A program made the position numbers and the translations under genes. The notes below the pieces were generated by a model, which saw only the letters and a list, made by a program, of their open reading frames with translations, ran no database searches and was not told where the DNA came from. Shown here piece after piece: positions 1 through 9,876 of a DNA stretch of 43,715 bases; position 1 is the stretch's first letter; each line of letters opens with the position of its first letter. Source of the stretch: a virus. Lineage: Duplodnaviria; Caudoviricetes. The stretch covers positions 1 through 43,715 of IMG/VR virus record IMGVR_UViG_3300020042_010029; one strand, given 5' to 3'.

Positions 1-121
1 ATTTTCTGACCTTGACTCTTTATTGATTCATAGCTACGACGCAAGCTTTGGAGCCTTTGATTTAAAGGACGTATTTGGAAGTAATGATTGTAATGTTGCT
101 GTTAAATTCACAATATATCCA
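1..121. repeat. Left copy of 121-bp terminal direct repeat (circular overlap)
   Basis: ATTTTCTGACC...CAATATATCCA at 1-121 is identical to 43595-43715. Confidence 0.97.
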
Positions 122-123
122 TA

Positions 124-1089
124 ATGAATACTTGCGTTTATACATATCCATTGGCTTATTACGTCGAAACTAACAACACTCTTGTTGGTAAGAAAACAAT
201 TCGTGTTCACGATTGTATCAATAACGTGAATAATAATGAGCTTTGCGGGCTTTGGAACTTTACGCATTGCCCTTCTGACAAGGATTATTGCCAACCGTTC
301 GTTAAAGGTGACATCGTTTACAAGCAATACTTTGCCCCAAAAGATTATTTTACATATAACTTTCCTCATGTGATAGATACGGCAACGGGTGATGATGTAA
401 TAGCTGATACGGGATTGATAACAACCGAAGCAGGTGATGACGCTAACAATACAACTTACGGCAATCTTCTGATTGATACAAGTAAATTCATAAATACTAA
501 ATGTTTTTATGTTAAAATAGTGTCGTTTACGTGCAAATTAACGATGGCAGACAACGATTTCAAGGATTGCGTCAACGCTCTAATTGCAGATGGTTATACG
601 TCCAAGGAAGCTAAAGAAATTTGCTTGAATACTATGTGCGCTGATGAGAGAACTATTATGTACTCTGAGCCTTATTGCCAAGTAGATTGCCTTGAAACGA
701 TTTTAATTGAGGGAATGTACCCGAAATATGATTGTAATGGTAATTATTACGGGGCTTTTACAACTACTCCAACAACTAATAGTTATAAGCCTAAATTGCG
801 AATATTTGGCAGTTTAGAGCCGTCCGAAGCCAATATTGAAGAAACTATTGTCAACAACGTTAGAAAGCAAACTAAGCTCATTAAAACGTTTAATTTGATG
901 AGTTACCCGTTACCCTATTACGTGGTTGAGCAATTAAGTAATATCTTTGCAAGTAAAGTAATAACGGTTGAAGGTGAGGAATATTTGAGAGCGTTAACGT
1001 TGTCAAAAAACAATGAAGAAGGTAAAATGTGGATAATTAAAACCACGTTATTACAAGAATGTAACAGCACGAACTTTACGTGCGATTGA
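124..1089 (+). CDS. Cys-rich putative virion (tail) protein, 321 aa
   Basis: Long ORF coupled by a TAATG overlap to the junction-spanning tail gene; lies in the tail module; 15 Cys. Confidence 0.55.
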   Translation: MNTCVYTYPLAYYVETNNTLVGKKTIRVHDCINNVNNNELCGLWNFTHCPSDKDYCQPFVKGDIVYKQYFAPKDYFTYNFPHVIDTATGDDVIADTGLITTEAGDDANNTTYGNLLIDTSKFINTKCFYVKIVSFTCKLTMADNDFKDCVNALIADGYTSKEAKEICLNTMCADERTIMYSEPYCQVDCLETILIEGMYPKYDCNGNYYGAFTTTPTTNSYKPKLRIFGSLEPSEANIEETIVNNVRKQTKLIKTFNLMSYPLPYYVVEQLSNIFASKVITVEGEEYLRALTLSKNNEEGKMWIIKTTLLQECNSTNFTCD

Positions 1090-1155
1090 TGTATCTGTGA
1101 TTAAATAATAAATATACGTTAAACTAGTGTTTAACCTTACAAAAAAAAGAAAAAA

Positions 1156-1767
1156 ATGATTTGTTTACCATCTTGCCTATCAGTAGGCGCGCCAACGGTT
1201 GGCTTATTCAATGGTTGCAACATTAAGAAAGCAAAGGGTGGAATACCTCGCTTGTTGTTTTTAGTGTGTGACCCTGACTACGTTCATCCGTACGAAGTGG
1301 CAGAGGGCGTGAGTCCTTGGAGTGATATCCGAAATATCGAAGCAGCGATGTGCGCTGGATTGTTAAACTTTACAGGACCTGTGTTAGGACAACAAGCGAA
1401 AGCAAGTGTCACTAAAAAACGTATGTCTAGTTGTAGCCCTGAAGAAATAGTTGGTGGAAGCCAAGTTATATCTTTCCAAGATTACAACACGACCGACGAT
1501 TTGGGTGAATACTCTTTTTGGTCTTATATCATGAAAAACTACCGTTTAATGCTATTCGGTTGGGTGACTTGTGACGAACTATTGTACATGTACGAAGGTT
1601 CGTTTGCGCCTGAAGTGTTTCCCGTAACAGAACAAACTAATGAAGAAAGCCGTTACTTTGACGGAATTGTGACCTTACAAACTGAGGAAATCATAGTTCC
1701 AATTAAAGTTGAGGGTATTATGGCTTTATTAGATTCTTTTACACCTAGCACAAATTGTTACTCATAA
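1156..1767 (+). CDS. Putative major tail (tube) protein, 203 aa
   Basis: Size, early C..GGI motif, beta-rich pattern and strong A-rich initiation region; no other tube candidate in a genome that has a TMP. Confidence 0.45.
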   Translation: MICLPSCLSVGAPTVGLFNGCNIKKAKGGIPRLLFLVCDPDYVHPYEVAEGVSPWSDIRNIEAAMCAGLLNFTGPVLGQQAKASVTKKRMSSCSPEEIVGGSQVISFQDYNTTDDLGEYSFWSYIMKNYRLMLFGWVTCDELLYMYEGSFAPEVFPVTEQTNEESRYFDGIVTLQTEEIIVPIKVEGIMALLDSFTPSTNCYS

Positions 1768-1780
1768 AAAACAACCAAAT

Positions 1781-2659
1781 ATGAACTACGGCATAGTAAT
1801 TATCGCACTTGGCTATCCATTGTATGGAAGCGCAGCCTTTAACTTAGCGTTGAGCTTAAAAGACAAGAACCCCGATGTACCTATTGCCATAGTTTATGAA
1901 CCTTCTGCTATCAGCCAACTCTCAGCACGGGAGTTGGCTTATTTTGACCACTTTATAGAGATTCCTGAATCCTTCTATACAGTTAACGGCAGCAAGCAAT
2001 ACCAACGAGCTAAATTGTGTGTTAATATCATTACAAATAAGCTAGGTTGGACTCATACGATGTATATGGACGCAGATAACCTTTGGAATGAAAAGCCCTT
2101 AGATTGGTTATTTGGACAGCTACATAAAAGAGATTTTTATATTGGTATGAATGGCCATTATAACGTAATAACAAAACAATATACGGGCAACGGATACACG
2201 TATTGGGCAAACCCCGACGTTAAAACTGTTTGTAAGTATCACGACATTAAAAAAATACTACCTCAAACCATCAGCGGCTTTGTCTTCTTTAAAAATGGAG
2301 AGTTCGCAGATGAAGTATTTACAAGAGCTTTGGAAGTTTACGATGACCCAAAAGCACCTACTATTGTTTGGGCAGGCGGCAAGCCTGATGAATATTGCAT
2401 GAATGTAGCTCTTGGACAATTAGACTACACGCAGGAGCCAGCTCATATCTTTTACTTTGATAAGATCAATGGAAGCCGCAAAGAAGACTCTATAACAGCA
2501 ACGTTTTGGGGCTTTGCGACGGGCGGCAATCAAGTTAATCCAAGAATCATTCATTTATTTAACCGAAAAGTAAACGCTTTGTGTATTAAGCACAATATAC
2601 CAACAAGGCACTATCATATAGACAAAAAAGATGTAATTTTAGAGCGTTCTAAATTTTAA
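1781..2659 (+). CDS. GT-A fold nucleotide-sugar transferase-like protein, 292 aa
   Basis: N-terminal beta strand GIVIIA, AFNLALSLK helix, DxD motif (YMDAD), SGFVFFK and DE motifs typical of GT8-like GT-A enzymes. Confidence 0.7.
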   Translation: MNYGIVIIALGYPLYGSAAFNLALSLKDKNPDVPIAIVYEPSAISQLSARELAYFDHFIEIPESFYTVNGSKQYQRAKLCVNIITNKLGWTHTMYMDADNLWNEKPLDWLFGQLHKRDFYIGMNGHYNVITKQYTGNGYTYWANPDVKTVCKYHDIKKILPQTISGFVFFKNGEFADEVFTRALEVYDDPKAPTIVWAGGKPDEYCMNVALGQLDYTQEPAHIFYFDKINGSRKEDSITATFWGFATGGNQVNPRIIHLFNRKVNALCIKHNIPTRHYHIDKKDVILERSKF

Positions 2660-2662
2660 CCC

Positions 2663-4378
2663 ATGGAAAATACACTAATACCCCAAGAGCTGATTGACTA
2701 CGCTAAGTCAATACCTACAATGCAGCCATACGTTCACACCGAGAAGTTCAAAGAACAATTCGAACAAATGGCTGTCCACACAAGAAAGCTGAAGCCTGAA
2801 GACTTACTATTGGACCGAAGACCAAACGAGCCAAAGGACGTATTTGATTACAGAATTGAGAACTATGAGCCAATTACATACGGTTCAATGAATAAGGCAT
2901 TTGATAATTTGAATCGCATTTTAACCCGTGTTAATTACAGATTAGAAAGCGGAAATGAGAAGGTTGAAAACTACCTAATCACCAATAAATTCATGCGTAA
3001 TACGTTCAATATGTTCTTTAGTCGTGTGTATTTAAAGCGTATGATTGAAGATGCGAACGGCTTATTGTTGTGGTTACCTGGTGGAAAGGGAACAACTAGC
3101 AGCTCGTTCACAGTAGAACCATATCCCGTATTGATTTTATCTTTCAATATCTTGGATTGGACAGATGAAACCTTAACAGTACTTAGCGATGAAGCCAATA
3201 TTATTACTGACAGCGAAGGGAGTATTAAGAAGGTTGGCAAGGTTTATTACATACTAACTAAACAAGATTTTTATAAGTACACAGAATTTGAGGATAAATG
3301 GGTTTTAACGCACGAATACAAGCACAATATTGGAGAGATTCCGATGATTGTACTTGGCGGTGACTTAACTGCAGACGGTTTTTATGAATCGTTTTTCAGT
3401 CCTTACTTGGCTTTTGGTAACGAAGCAATCAGACAGTTTTCAGATTGGCAAGCTTTATCAACAACGGCAGCTCATCCAATACGTGAAGAGTTCTACACTC
3501 AATGCTTGATGAAAGAGGTTGACCGTAAAAAAGGTATAATTGATAAAGAGCAGGACGACAACTTGACTTACAGCCGTTCCGTGCAATTACAGCCAATCAA
3601 TCGCAGTCCTTATGGAGTAGTTCAACGACCTATTGGAGAATCAAACCCTAATGGCCTTGGCGAACAATATCTTCCATACGACGTTCCAAGCGTTCGCTTT
3701 ATATCGCCACCAATAGAGTTCGTAACGCAAGCGGAAAAATCATACCAAGCATTGATTGAAATGGCTGAAGATTCTCTACACTTGAATTTAGGTGACGTTT
3801 CATTATCAGGCAAAGCCAAAGAGATTGATTTATTGAGCCACGAAGACATGTTGAGCAAAATAGCCAATCAGTTGTTGGCTAACAAGCAACTATCCGTTAA
3901 GTTTATTGTAGCTTACATGGACAATAAGCAATTTGAAAACGTCGTTGTCAAGTTAATCAAGCCTTCATCGTTTAGAGTTCGTACAGAGAATGAGTTAACC
4001 AAGGAGTTAACCGATTTAAAAGGCGGCAACGCTCCATCAATGCTCGTTTCAGCAGTAGCTCGTGAGTTAGCTGCGTTAAGATTCTCAGGTGATGAGATAA
4101 ACCAAAAGATTTTTGAGGTGATAGCTACCTATGACCCCTTATTTACATACTCGGTTGCAGAAAAGCAATCAATGGTATTGGCAGGTATTGTAGATAAGAA
4201 CGACACCATCAAATCCGCATTTATTTACAGTTTACTGCTATCCATTTCAAAATCCAAAGGAGAAGCTGAATTCCTAAATAAAACGTCAGAGGAGGTCTAT
4301 AAATTGTTTTTAGAAGCTATTAAGCCGTATCTTTCAAGTGAGATTGAACTTGTAAATAACGATGGAATCCCCGAATAA
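2663..4378 (+). CDS. Portal protein, 571 aa
   Basis: Size, HNIGEIPMIVL (SPP1-like H..G.vPvv) motif, SGKAKEID motif; precedes MuF-like, scaffold and capsid genes. Confidence 0.8.
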   Translation: MENTLIPQELIDYAKSIPTMQPYVHTEKFKEQFEQMAVHTRKLKPEDLLLDRRPNEPKDVFDYRIENYEPITYGSMNKAFDNLNRILTRVNYRLESGNEKVENYLITNKFMRNTFNMFFSRVYLKRMIEDANGLLLWLPGGKGTTSSSFTVEPYPVLILSFNILDWTDETLTVLSDEANIITDSEGSIKKVGKVYYILTKQDFYKYTEFEDKWVLTHEYKHNIGEIPMIVLGGDLTADGFYESFFSPYLAFGNEAIRQFSDWQALSTTAAHPIREEFYTQCLMKEVDRKKGIIDKEQDDNLTYSRSVQLQPINRSPYGVVQRPIGESNPNGLGEQYLPYDVPSVRFISPPIEFVTQAEKSYQALIEMAEDSLHLNLGDVSLSGKAKEIDLLSHEDMLSKIANQLLANKQLSVKFIVAYMDNKQFENVVVKLIKPSSFRVRTENELTKELTDLKGGNAPSMLVSAVARELAALRFSGDEINQKIFEVIATYDPLFTYSVAEKQSMVLAGIVDKNDTIKSAFIYSLLLSISKSKGEAEFLNKTSEEVYKLFLEAIKPYLSSEIELVNNDGIPE

Positions 4379-4384
4379 AGCTAT

Positions 4385-5245
4385 ATGGCAACGGTACAAC
4401 AAATAATTGACGTTGGCGACAAGTTAATAGCTAAGAGCCAACGAAATTTAATACATAAAACAAAAGGTATTGAGCTGGCTGTATATGCCGCCCTAATGCA
4501 GATTTTTGATAATGTAGAAATCAACAACGGTGTGCTTGCTTCTACTCCAAAGGCTGAAGAATTTTTGGCTGCTTTAGATTATCAAGTCTATCAAGCGTTG
4601 AAGAAATCAGGATATAACGACAACGTGAAGGAATTTACCAATAGTTTCAACGGTGTCCAAGACAATATAATCGACGTCCACAGCAAACTTGGTAACGGAT
4701 TAATTCAAGCTAAAGATATTGCTGATATAAAGCGCATTGAGGTGTCTAAAACCGTTTCAAACCTTACTACCCAAGGAATGTATGCTAATTTTGTTAGCCC
4801 CGTTACACAAGGATTGTATAGGAATATAATGTTTGGAGCTACTGTTGCTGATACTAAAGCATTTATTAAAAGCCAAATTATAAGTACTGAAGGAACGGAC
4901 AGCAAATTGCTAAGATACGTTGGCCAAGTAGCAACAGACTCTATTCATCAATTCGACGGGGCGGCAAATCAAGCCATTAAAACCAAGTTTAAATTGAACG
5001 CTATTCAATACACAGGCAGTCTTATTGAGGATTCAAGGGCTCAATGTATGAAATGGATATCAATGGCCATTATAAAGGATGACGAGCTGCAGGCTGAGAT
5101 TGATTTTGCATTAAAGAAAAGTTACTACTCAAATAAACGTTGCAGCGGCATGATCGCCGAAACAAACCCCGATACCTTTTGTGTTTGTCGTGGCGGATAT
5201 CGATGTAGACATCGCGCTTTTGGGATTCGTTTGGTAAAGAAATAA
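4385..5245 (+). CDS. Minor head morphogenesis protein (MuF/SPP1 gp7-like)
   Basis: Follows the portal; C-terminal YTG...DSRAQC and GGYRCRH motifs. Confidence 0.75.
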   Translation: MATVQQIIDVGDKLIAKSQRNLIHKTKGIELAVYAALMQIFDNVEINNGVLASTPKAEEFLAALDYQVYQALKKSGYNDNVKEFTNSFNGVQDNIIDVHSKLGNGLIQAKDIADIKRIEVSKTVSNLTTQGMYANFVSPVTQGLYRNIMFGATVADTKAFIKSQIISTEGTDSKLLRYVGQVATDSIHQFDGAANQAIKTKFKLNAIQYTGSLIEDSRAQCMKWISMAIIKDDELQAEIDFALKKSYYSNKRCSGMIAETNPDTFCVCRGGYRCRHRAFGIRLVKK

Positions 5246-5261
5246 ATTTGATTTATCTTTG
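5230..5261 (+). promoter_or_regulatory. Bacteroidota-type promoter
   Basis: TTTG (5230-5233), 20-nt spacer, TATCTTTG (5254-5261) upstream of ORF 5298. Confidence 0.6.
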
Positions 5262-5297
5262 GTTGATTAAATCATTAACCTTAAAAAAAACTACATT

Positions 5298-5666
5298 ATG
5301 AATCACAAGTACGCAAGACGCTCCACAGGAGAATTCATCTATTTCAGCGAAACGGGGAAAAAATTTTTCGACGAATCAAAAGAAGCTGCCAAGTTTAAAT
5401 ACATTGGTCCGATTTCAGCAGAAGAACAAGCAATTGAAGAATCTGCAGGTGTAAAAGCTGAGGTATCACAAATGGACGACGCAACTCAGAAAGCTGAATA
5501 CAACAAACAACTTGTAGAATCCAACAACGTGAAGGCTGTCGAGTTAACGGCTGAAGAATTAGAAGCAAGATTGTCCGATAAAAAAGTCGTTATTGCTGAA
5601 GAAGGCAACGTTGAAGAAAATAAAATTCCCGTTCCGGCAGGTAAACCATCAACTAAGAAAAAATAA
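5298..5666 (+). CDS. Hypothetical protein, 122 aa (head module)
   Basis: ORF with A-rich leader; acidic body and basic tail. Confidence 0.7.
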   Translation: MNHKYARRSTGEFIYFSETGKKFFDESKEAAKFKYIGPISAEEQAIEESAGVKAEVSQMDDATQKAEYNKQLVESNNVKAVELTAEELEARLSDKKVVIAEEGNVEENKIPVPAGKPSTKKK

Positions 5667-5676
5667 ATAATAGATC

Positions 5677-5871
5677 ATGGCAAAGACAACAAATAAAAAC
5701 GATAAAACAATCGACAAATCAGAATCGGTAACTGAAGTCACTATCTCAGATAAGGCAAATGTTATTCCTGCAGTTGAAAAGAAACCTGACCAAAAGGTTT
5801 TGGACGTTCCTAAACCAAAAGAAGGCATTTCTTTGATGAAATCTTGGAAGCACGCAAACTCTAAAAAATAA
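5677..5871 (+). CDS. Hypothetical protein, 64 aa
   Basis: Tightly packed ORF, Lys-rich, probably disordered. Confidence 0.6.
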   Translation: MAKTTNKNDKTIDKSESVTEVTISDKANVIPAVEKKPDQKVLDVPKPKEGISLMKSWKHANSKK

Positions 5872-5905
5872 ATTTAATTAGTAACCAAAAAAAACAACCA
5901 ATAAA

Positions 5906-6748
5906 ATGACAAAATCCCAATCAATCAAGTTCCTTACTGATTTAGGCATCAGCAAGAAGGTAGCAGAATCTTTAACGGCAAATATCCCAAGTGATGCGGC
6001 AGAAACGCCTGCAGATGATATTGAAAGCGCCATCGCTTCTGTAAGTGCTCATCAAGTAGAATTGTATAATTCAAGCGATGAGTTTAAAAATGCGGTAAAA
6101 AACATTAAAGACAAGGCTTTAGCCGAGGTCCACGCAAAAGCAGAGAAGAAAATTGCTCAAATCGCTGGATTGACTGCTGAGGACGTAAAAGACAAAAAAT
6201 TTGAAGACATCGCTGAGCTTGCGTTTGCCAAGGCTTCGAAGGGTTCAACTAAAGACATCGAGCAGGTACAAGCTGAGTTAATCAAGAAAGACCTTGAATT
6301 GAAAAGATTAGTTGAAGTGGAGATACCAAACATTAAGGTTGAAATGGCAACAGAATCAGCGTTATTAAAGCAAATTAGCTCGGCAAAGCTTCGCAAAGGT
6401 GTAGCTGCTGAAGATATGCTAATATTAGTTAAGTCAAAAGCAGCTAAGTCAGGATATAAAATTGGAGTAGATGGAAACGGTGAGTTGACAATTACTACGA
6501 AGGAAGGTGAGAAGATTTTGACTGAAGATAAAAAGAACTTTTTAACATCAAAGGACGTTTTAAACAGCTACCTTGATGCTATGATTGAAAAGTCTAATGC
6601 AGACGACACCGACGACAAAAAAGTTATCGTTATTGACAAGAAAACTGATGATAAAAAGGTAGTTGACGCAGGCGGTTCGGTTGTAAACTCTAATTTAGCA
6701 AGAGCTCAGGCGCACGCAAAAGCGTTGGCTGAAGCTAAAGGACAATAA
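5906..6748 (+). CDS. Capsid scaffolding protein, 280 aa
   Basis: Helical, K/E/A-rich, Cys-free; immediately upstream of the capsid gene. Confidence 0.65.
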   Translation: MTKSQSIKFLTDLGISKKVAESLTANIPSDAAETPADDIESAIASVSAHQVELYNSSDEFKNAVKNIKDKALAEVHAKAEKKIAQIAGLTAEDVKDKKFEDIAELAFAKASKGSTKDIEQVQAELIKKDLELKRLVEVEIPNIKVEMATESALLKQISSAKLRKGVAAEDMLILVKSKAAKSGYKIGVDGNGELTITTKEGEKILTEDKKNFLTSKDVLNSYLDAMIEKSNADDTDDKKVIVIDKKTDDKKVVDAGGSVVNSNLARAQAHAKALAEAKGQ

Positions 6749-6788
6749 AACTTGAACTTTTTACTGTTTTTTTAAAGTAAAGTTTTTT

Positions 6789-6815
6789 AACCCCAATTAA
6801 CGTTGGGGTTTTTTT
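6789..6815 (+). terminator. Rho-independent terminator after the scaffold gene
   Basis: AACCCCAA-ttaacg-TTGGGGTT followed by a T run. Confidence 0.8.
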
Positions 6816-6832
6816 ATTTAAAATATAATATA

Positions 6833-6840
6833 TACATTTG
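6833..6840 (+). promoter_or_regulatory. Promoter -7 element for the capsid gene
   Basis: TACATTTG matches the Bacteroidota TAnnTTTG consensus, just after a terminator. Confidence 0.6.
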
Positions 6841-6987
6841 TGACAACAACGATGTGTATTTGGTCACTTCTAAAACCATGCGAGGCAGTCAACCTTATTG
6901 ACAACCAACGTATATGCTTGTTTTAATCACAGAAAATTAAATTAACCATATCAAATAACCATTAAAATCAATAATTTTTAACCTATC

Positions 6988-8196
6988 ATGAAAAAGATAA
7001 AAACAATGCTATCTTTATTTGCCACTTTAACATTCGCTTTAGTGGTAAGCGCAACTGCGGGCGCAGCTACCTCAGTATTAACGGGACATGTTGAGCTTTT
7101 TGCTCCAATCACCGTTGGTTTGTACTCAATCGCTTTAGTATCAAACTACAGTTTTCCAAACTTTGCCTTCTCATCCCCTGCGGTTTTTACTGAAGGTATT
7201 TGTGAGAAAATCCAAACAAGCTTAAACGACTTGATGGGCTCAAACAGTCCTGAAAAGAAACGCACGCCTGTTGGATATTTACAAGCGATTACAAGCCCTA
7301 CCAATACAGCAGGTTTGTCAGTTATCCCTATTGACCAAGGTAACGGCAAGAAGCGTTCTGTAAGAATCACATACGCTCAACGTGGAAGTGAAGACGATAT
7401 CCAATCAACGGCAAACGACGGCTGTACTGCTGAGATTTCAAAAACGCCTTATGAGGAAATTGTGTCTATCACGGACGTAATGAGCACTAAAGGTATTGCG
7501 TTTTCTGAGGAAGAAATGGCTAAATTATGCGAATCTGATGCTTCTTGGATTGCTCGTATCATCGCTGCAGAGTTTGACCCGTTTATGACAAAGCTTAATA
7601 AGGCTTTAATCACTAAACAAGCATCAAACTTTGGTAATTTTGCCGATGGAACTGCAACTGTACATAACCGTCAGTTAATGGTAACAGCAACTCAATCTCC
7701 ATTCTACTACGGTGAGAACCAAATTATGAATGATTTCGAAGATATCAATTTTACAGGTCGTCCGATGTTAATTGGAGCAGGTAAGTTGAGAGATTACACT
7801 CGTATTGCTAAAATCGGTTGTTGTAATGACCAAGGTATCAATTTAGGACAAGCAGGTGATTTCGATTACTTCAACGACCGCCATGTTGGTACTATCTTGG
7901 GTGACGCTGATAAGTTTATCGGATTGGCACCAGGCAATACTCAGTTGTTAACTTTCAATAAGTACCAAGGACCAAGAGCTAAGAACTTCGGAAACATCAT
8001 CAAAACAACGATTATGGACCCGTTCACAGGCTTATTGCTTGATATGAATTGGAAATATAACGATTGCGATGAGGTTTGGATTTTGACTTTTTCATTAAAT
8101 TATGAAATGTTCTTCTTGCCTACGAACGCGTTCGCAACGGGTGATGCTTTAGAGGGTGTAAACTACTCTTTATACTACAAAGCTACAACAGCTTAA
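6988..8196 (+). CDS. Major capsid protein with ~60-aa hydrophobic N-terminal extension, 402 aa
   Basis: Follows the scaffold gene, has its own promoter and terminator, size fits an HK97-fold capsid. Confidence 0.7.
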   Translation: MKKIKTMLSLFATLTFALVVSATAGAATSVLTGHVELFAPITVGLYSIALVSNYSFPNFAFSSPAVFTEGICEKIQTSLNDLMGSNSPEKKRTPVGYLQAITSPTNTAGLSVIPIDQGNGKKRSVRITYAQRGSEDDIQSTANDGCTAEISKTPYEEIVSITDVMSTKGIAFSEEEMAKLCESDASWIARIIAAEFDPFMTKLNKALITKQASNFGNFADGTATVHNRQLMVTATQSPFYYGENQIMNDFEDINFTGRPMLIGAGKLRDYTRIAKIGCCNDQGINLGQAGDFDYFNDRHVGTILGDADKFIGLAPGNTQLLTFNKYQGPRAKNFGNIIKTTIMDPFTGLLLDMNWKYNDCDEVWILTFSLNYEMFFLPTNAFATGDALEGVNYSLYYKATTA

Positions 8197-8212
8197 TAGA
8201 TTCAATAACCTT

Positions 8213-8245
8213 AAAAGGCTGCGTATACAGCGCAGCCTTTTTTTT
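8213..8245 (+). terminator. Rho-independent terminator after the capsid gene
   Basis: AAAAGGCTGCG-tatacag-CGCAGCCTTTT plus further T residues. Confidence 0.9.
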
Positions 8246-8260
8246 AATACTAACTAAAAG

Positions 8261-9247
8261 ATGGAATGCCTAAACGATATTTTATGCGATAAATACGCTC
8301 TTGTTGGAGTACGTGACTTCGTAAACTGTCCTCACTCGGAAACCATACTATTTGTCAACGATATACCTGGCATAACCCTAAAATCTGCTGCCGCTATTGT
8401 AAACGACGAACAAAGAACGGGCATAAACCTGCTTAACGACAAAATTAAGCTAGCAACCAAAAAAGTCTTCAATAAATTTTCCTCTGTAATATCAGGCAAC
8501 TTTGATTTTAACGCAATTATTGAGGCAAGGGACATTAGTAAGTTCAAAACTGAGTTACTACCCAAGGCAACTCTCAATCGTGGCTTAAAATTGAGCCGTT
8601 GGCCCTCAGAGGCAGCTCAAATCTATATTGAGAAACTTTATATAAAAGTTGGGCAATCGGGAATTGCTTATATCAAAATTATTGATGGCGGTGTACAAAA
8701 AATCTATGAGGTTTCTTTACTTGCCAACGTTACCAACGACGTAACAATACGTTACAAGGCAAAGTCAGAGATAGTGTACATTACGTTCGATCAAACGGAT
8801 TTTGATGTGTACACCGGCAATTTAAACACCTCTACCACTTCGGGTTGTGGCTCTTGTGGAACTAAAAGAGGTTGGACTAAGAAGCACGACCTTGAAATCA
8901 CGGGATATAATGGAACGGGTGATGAAAGCGCATTATTTGGCGTTGGAGTCCTTGCGAATATCCAATGTTATGAAGAAGCTATCCTTTGCCAACTATTGCC
9001 AAGAATGTCTTTTATGATGTGGTACCAAGCAGGAATTGAGATATTACAAGAGCATATTGCTTCAGGTCGTATAAACTCTGTAGTATTGTTCAATAAGGAC
9101 CAAGCAAGAGAAACTTTAGAGCTATTACAAGCAGAACTAAAGAATGAAGAAAAACAATTCAATAATAACATTAAAAACTTCCTGAAGACTACAACGGGTG
9201 ACTGTTTTAGTTGTAAGGGTATAACTTCAACCTATGCAACACCTTAA
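8261..9247 (+). CDS. Putative head-tail adaptor/structural protein, 328 aa
   Basis: First gene after the capsid; helical N- and C-terminal parts with a beta insertion; 9 Cys. Confidence 0.5.
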   Translation: MECLNDILCDKYALVGVRDFVNCPHSETILFVNDIPGITLKSAAAIVNDEQRTGINLLNDKIKLATKKVFNKFSSVISGNFDFNAIIEARDISKFKTELLPKATLNRGLKLSRWPSEAAQIYIEKLYIKVGQSGIAYIKIIDGGVQKIYEVSLLANVTNDVTIRYKAKSEIVYITFDQTDFDVYTGNLNTSTTSGCGSCGTKRGWTKKHDLEITGYNGTGDESALFGVGVLANIQCYEEAILCQLLPRMSFMMWYQAGIEILQEHIASGRINSVVLFNKDQARETLELLQAELKNEEKQFNNNIKNFLKTTTGDCFSCKGITSTYATP

Positions 9248-9347
9248 TTTAATACAGAAAGCCTGCGCATCGTGCGGCACAAAGCCAAGTAAACCAAAAG
9301 GGGGCGGCACTACACCAAGACCAATCAGACCTAAAGGATGGGGGTAA
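9234..9347 (+). CDS. Small basic protein with CxxC, 37 aa (not in the ORF track)
   Basis: MQHLNLIQKACASCGTKPSKPKGGGTTPRPIRPKGWG fills the gap between adjacent genes. Confidence 0.45.
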   Translation: MQHLNLIQKACASCGTKPSKPKGGGTTPRPIRPKGWG

Positions 9348-9352
9348 TAGTT

Positions 9353-9562
9353 ATGCCACACTCAAATCACGCAAACGACAATAATTGTAATTGGATATTG
9401 TCCGCAATAATTGGTTTTTTCACGTTCCTAGAGTCATGCTCACCTGAAACCATATATACGTGGCTTTTTAGGTCGTTAACTCTTATGTCCTTGGTTCTTA
9501 TGATAATTATTAATTGGAAGAAAGCTTGGCAAACTATTTTCCCAAAGAAAGAAAGAAAATGA
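9353..9562 (+). CDS. Small membrane protein, holin/antiholin-like
   Basis: Two hydrophobic segments and a basic C-terminus; probable start ATG 9353; ATGA overlap with the next gene. Confidence 0.5.
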   Translation: MPHSNHANDNNCNWILSAIIGFFTFLESCSPETIYTWLFRSLTLMSLVLMIIINWKKAWQTIFPKKERK

Positions 9563-9876
9563 CAGCATTAGGCACATTACATTGGGTATTAGCATACGCA
9601 GGGGCTTTAATTTATGTACTATTAAAGGTTCAAGAGCTTAGCGTTGATAGAAAGTACAAGTTTTCAAATTACTTGAAGGCTCATTGGCCTTCAACCTTGG
9701 CTTCTGCAATCATGATTCCCGTGTTATTGCTTATTTTGAGTGAAAACTTGACTGATCTATTGCCAATTAATAATCTAACAGCTGTACTTGTTGGCTATCA
9801 AACTAATCAGATTTTTAGAAGCTTGATAAGTATGGGCAAAAAAAAGTATAATGTCGATGAAGACAACGCTAGCTGA
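9559..9876 (+). CDS. Membrane protein, putative holin
   Basis: Two to three hydrophobic helices, charged C-terminus; probable start MTALG at 9559. Confidence 0.55.
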   Translation: MTALGTLHWVLAYAGALIYVLLKVQELSVDRKYKFSNYLKAHWPSTLASAIMIPVLLLILSENLTDLLPINNLTAVLVGYQTNQIFRSLISMGKKKYNVDEDNAS

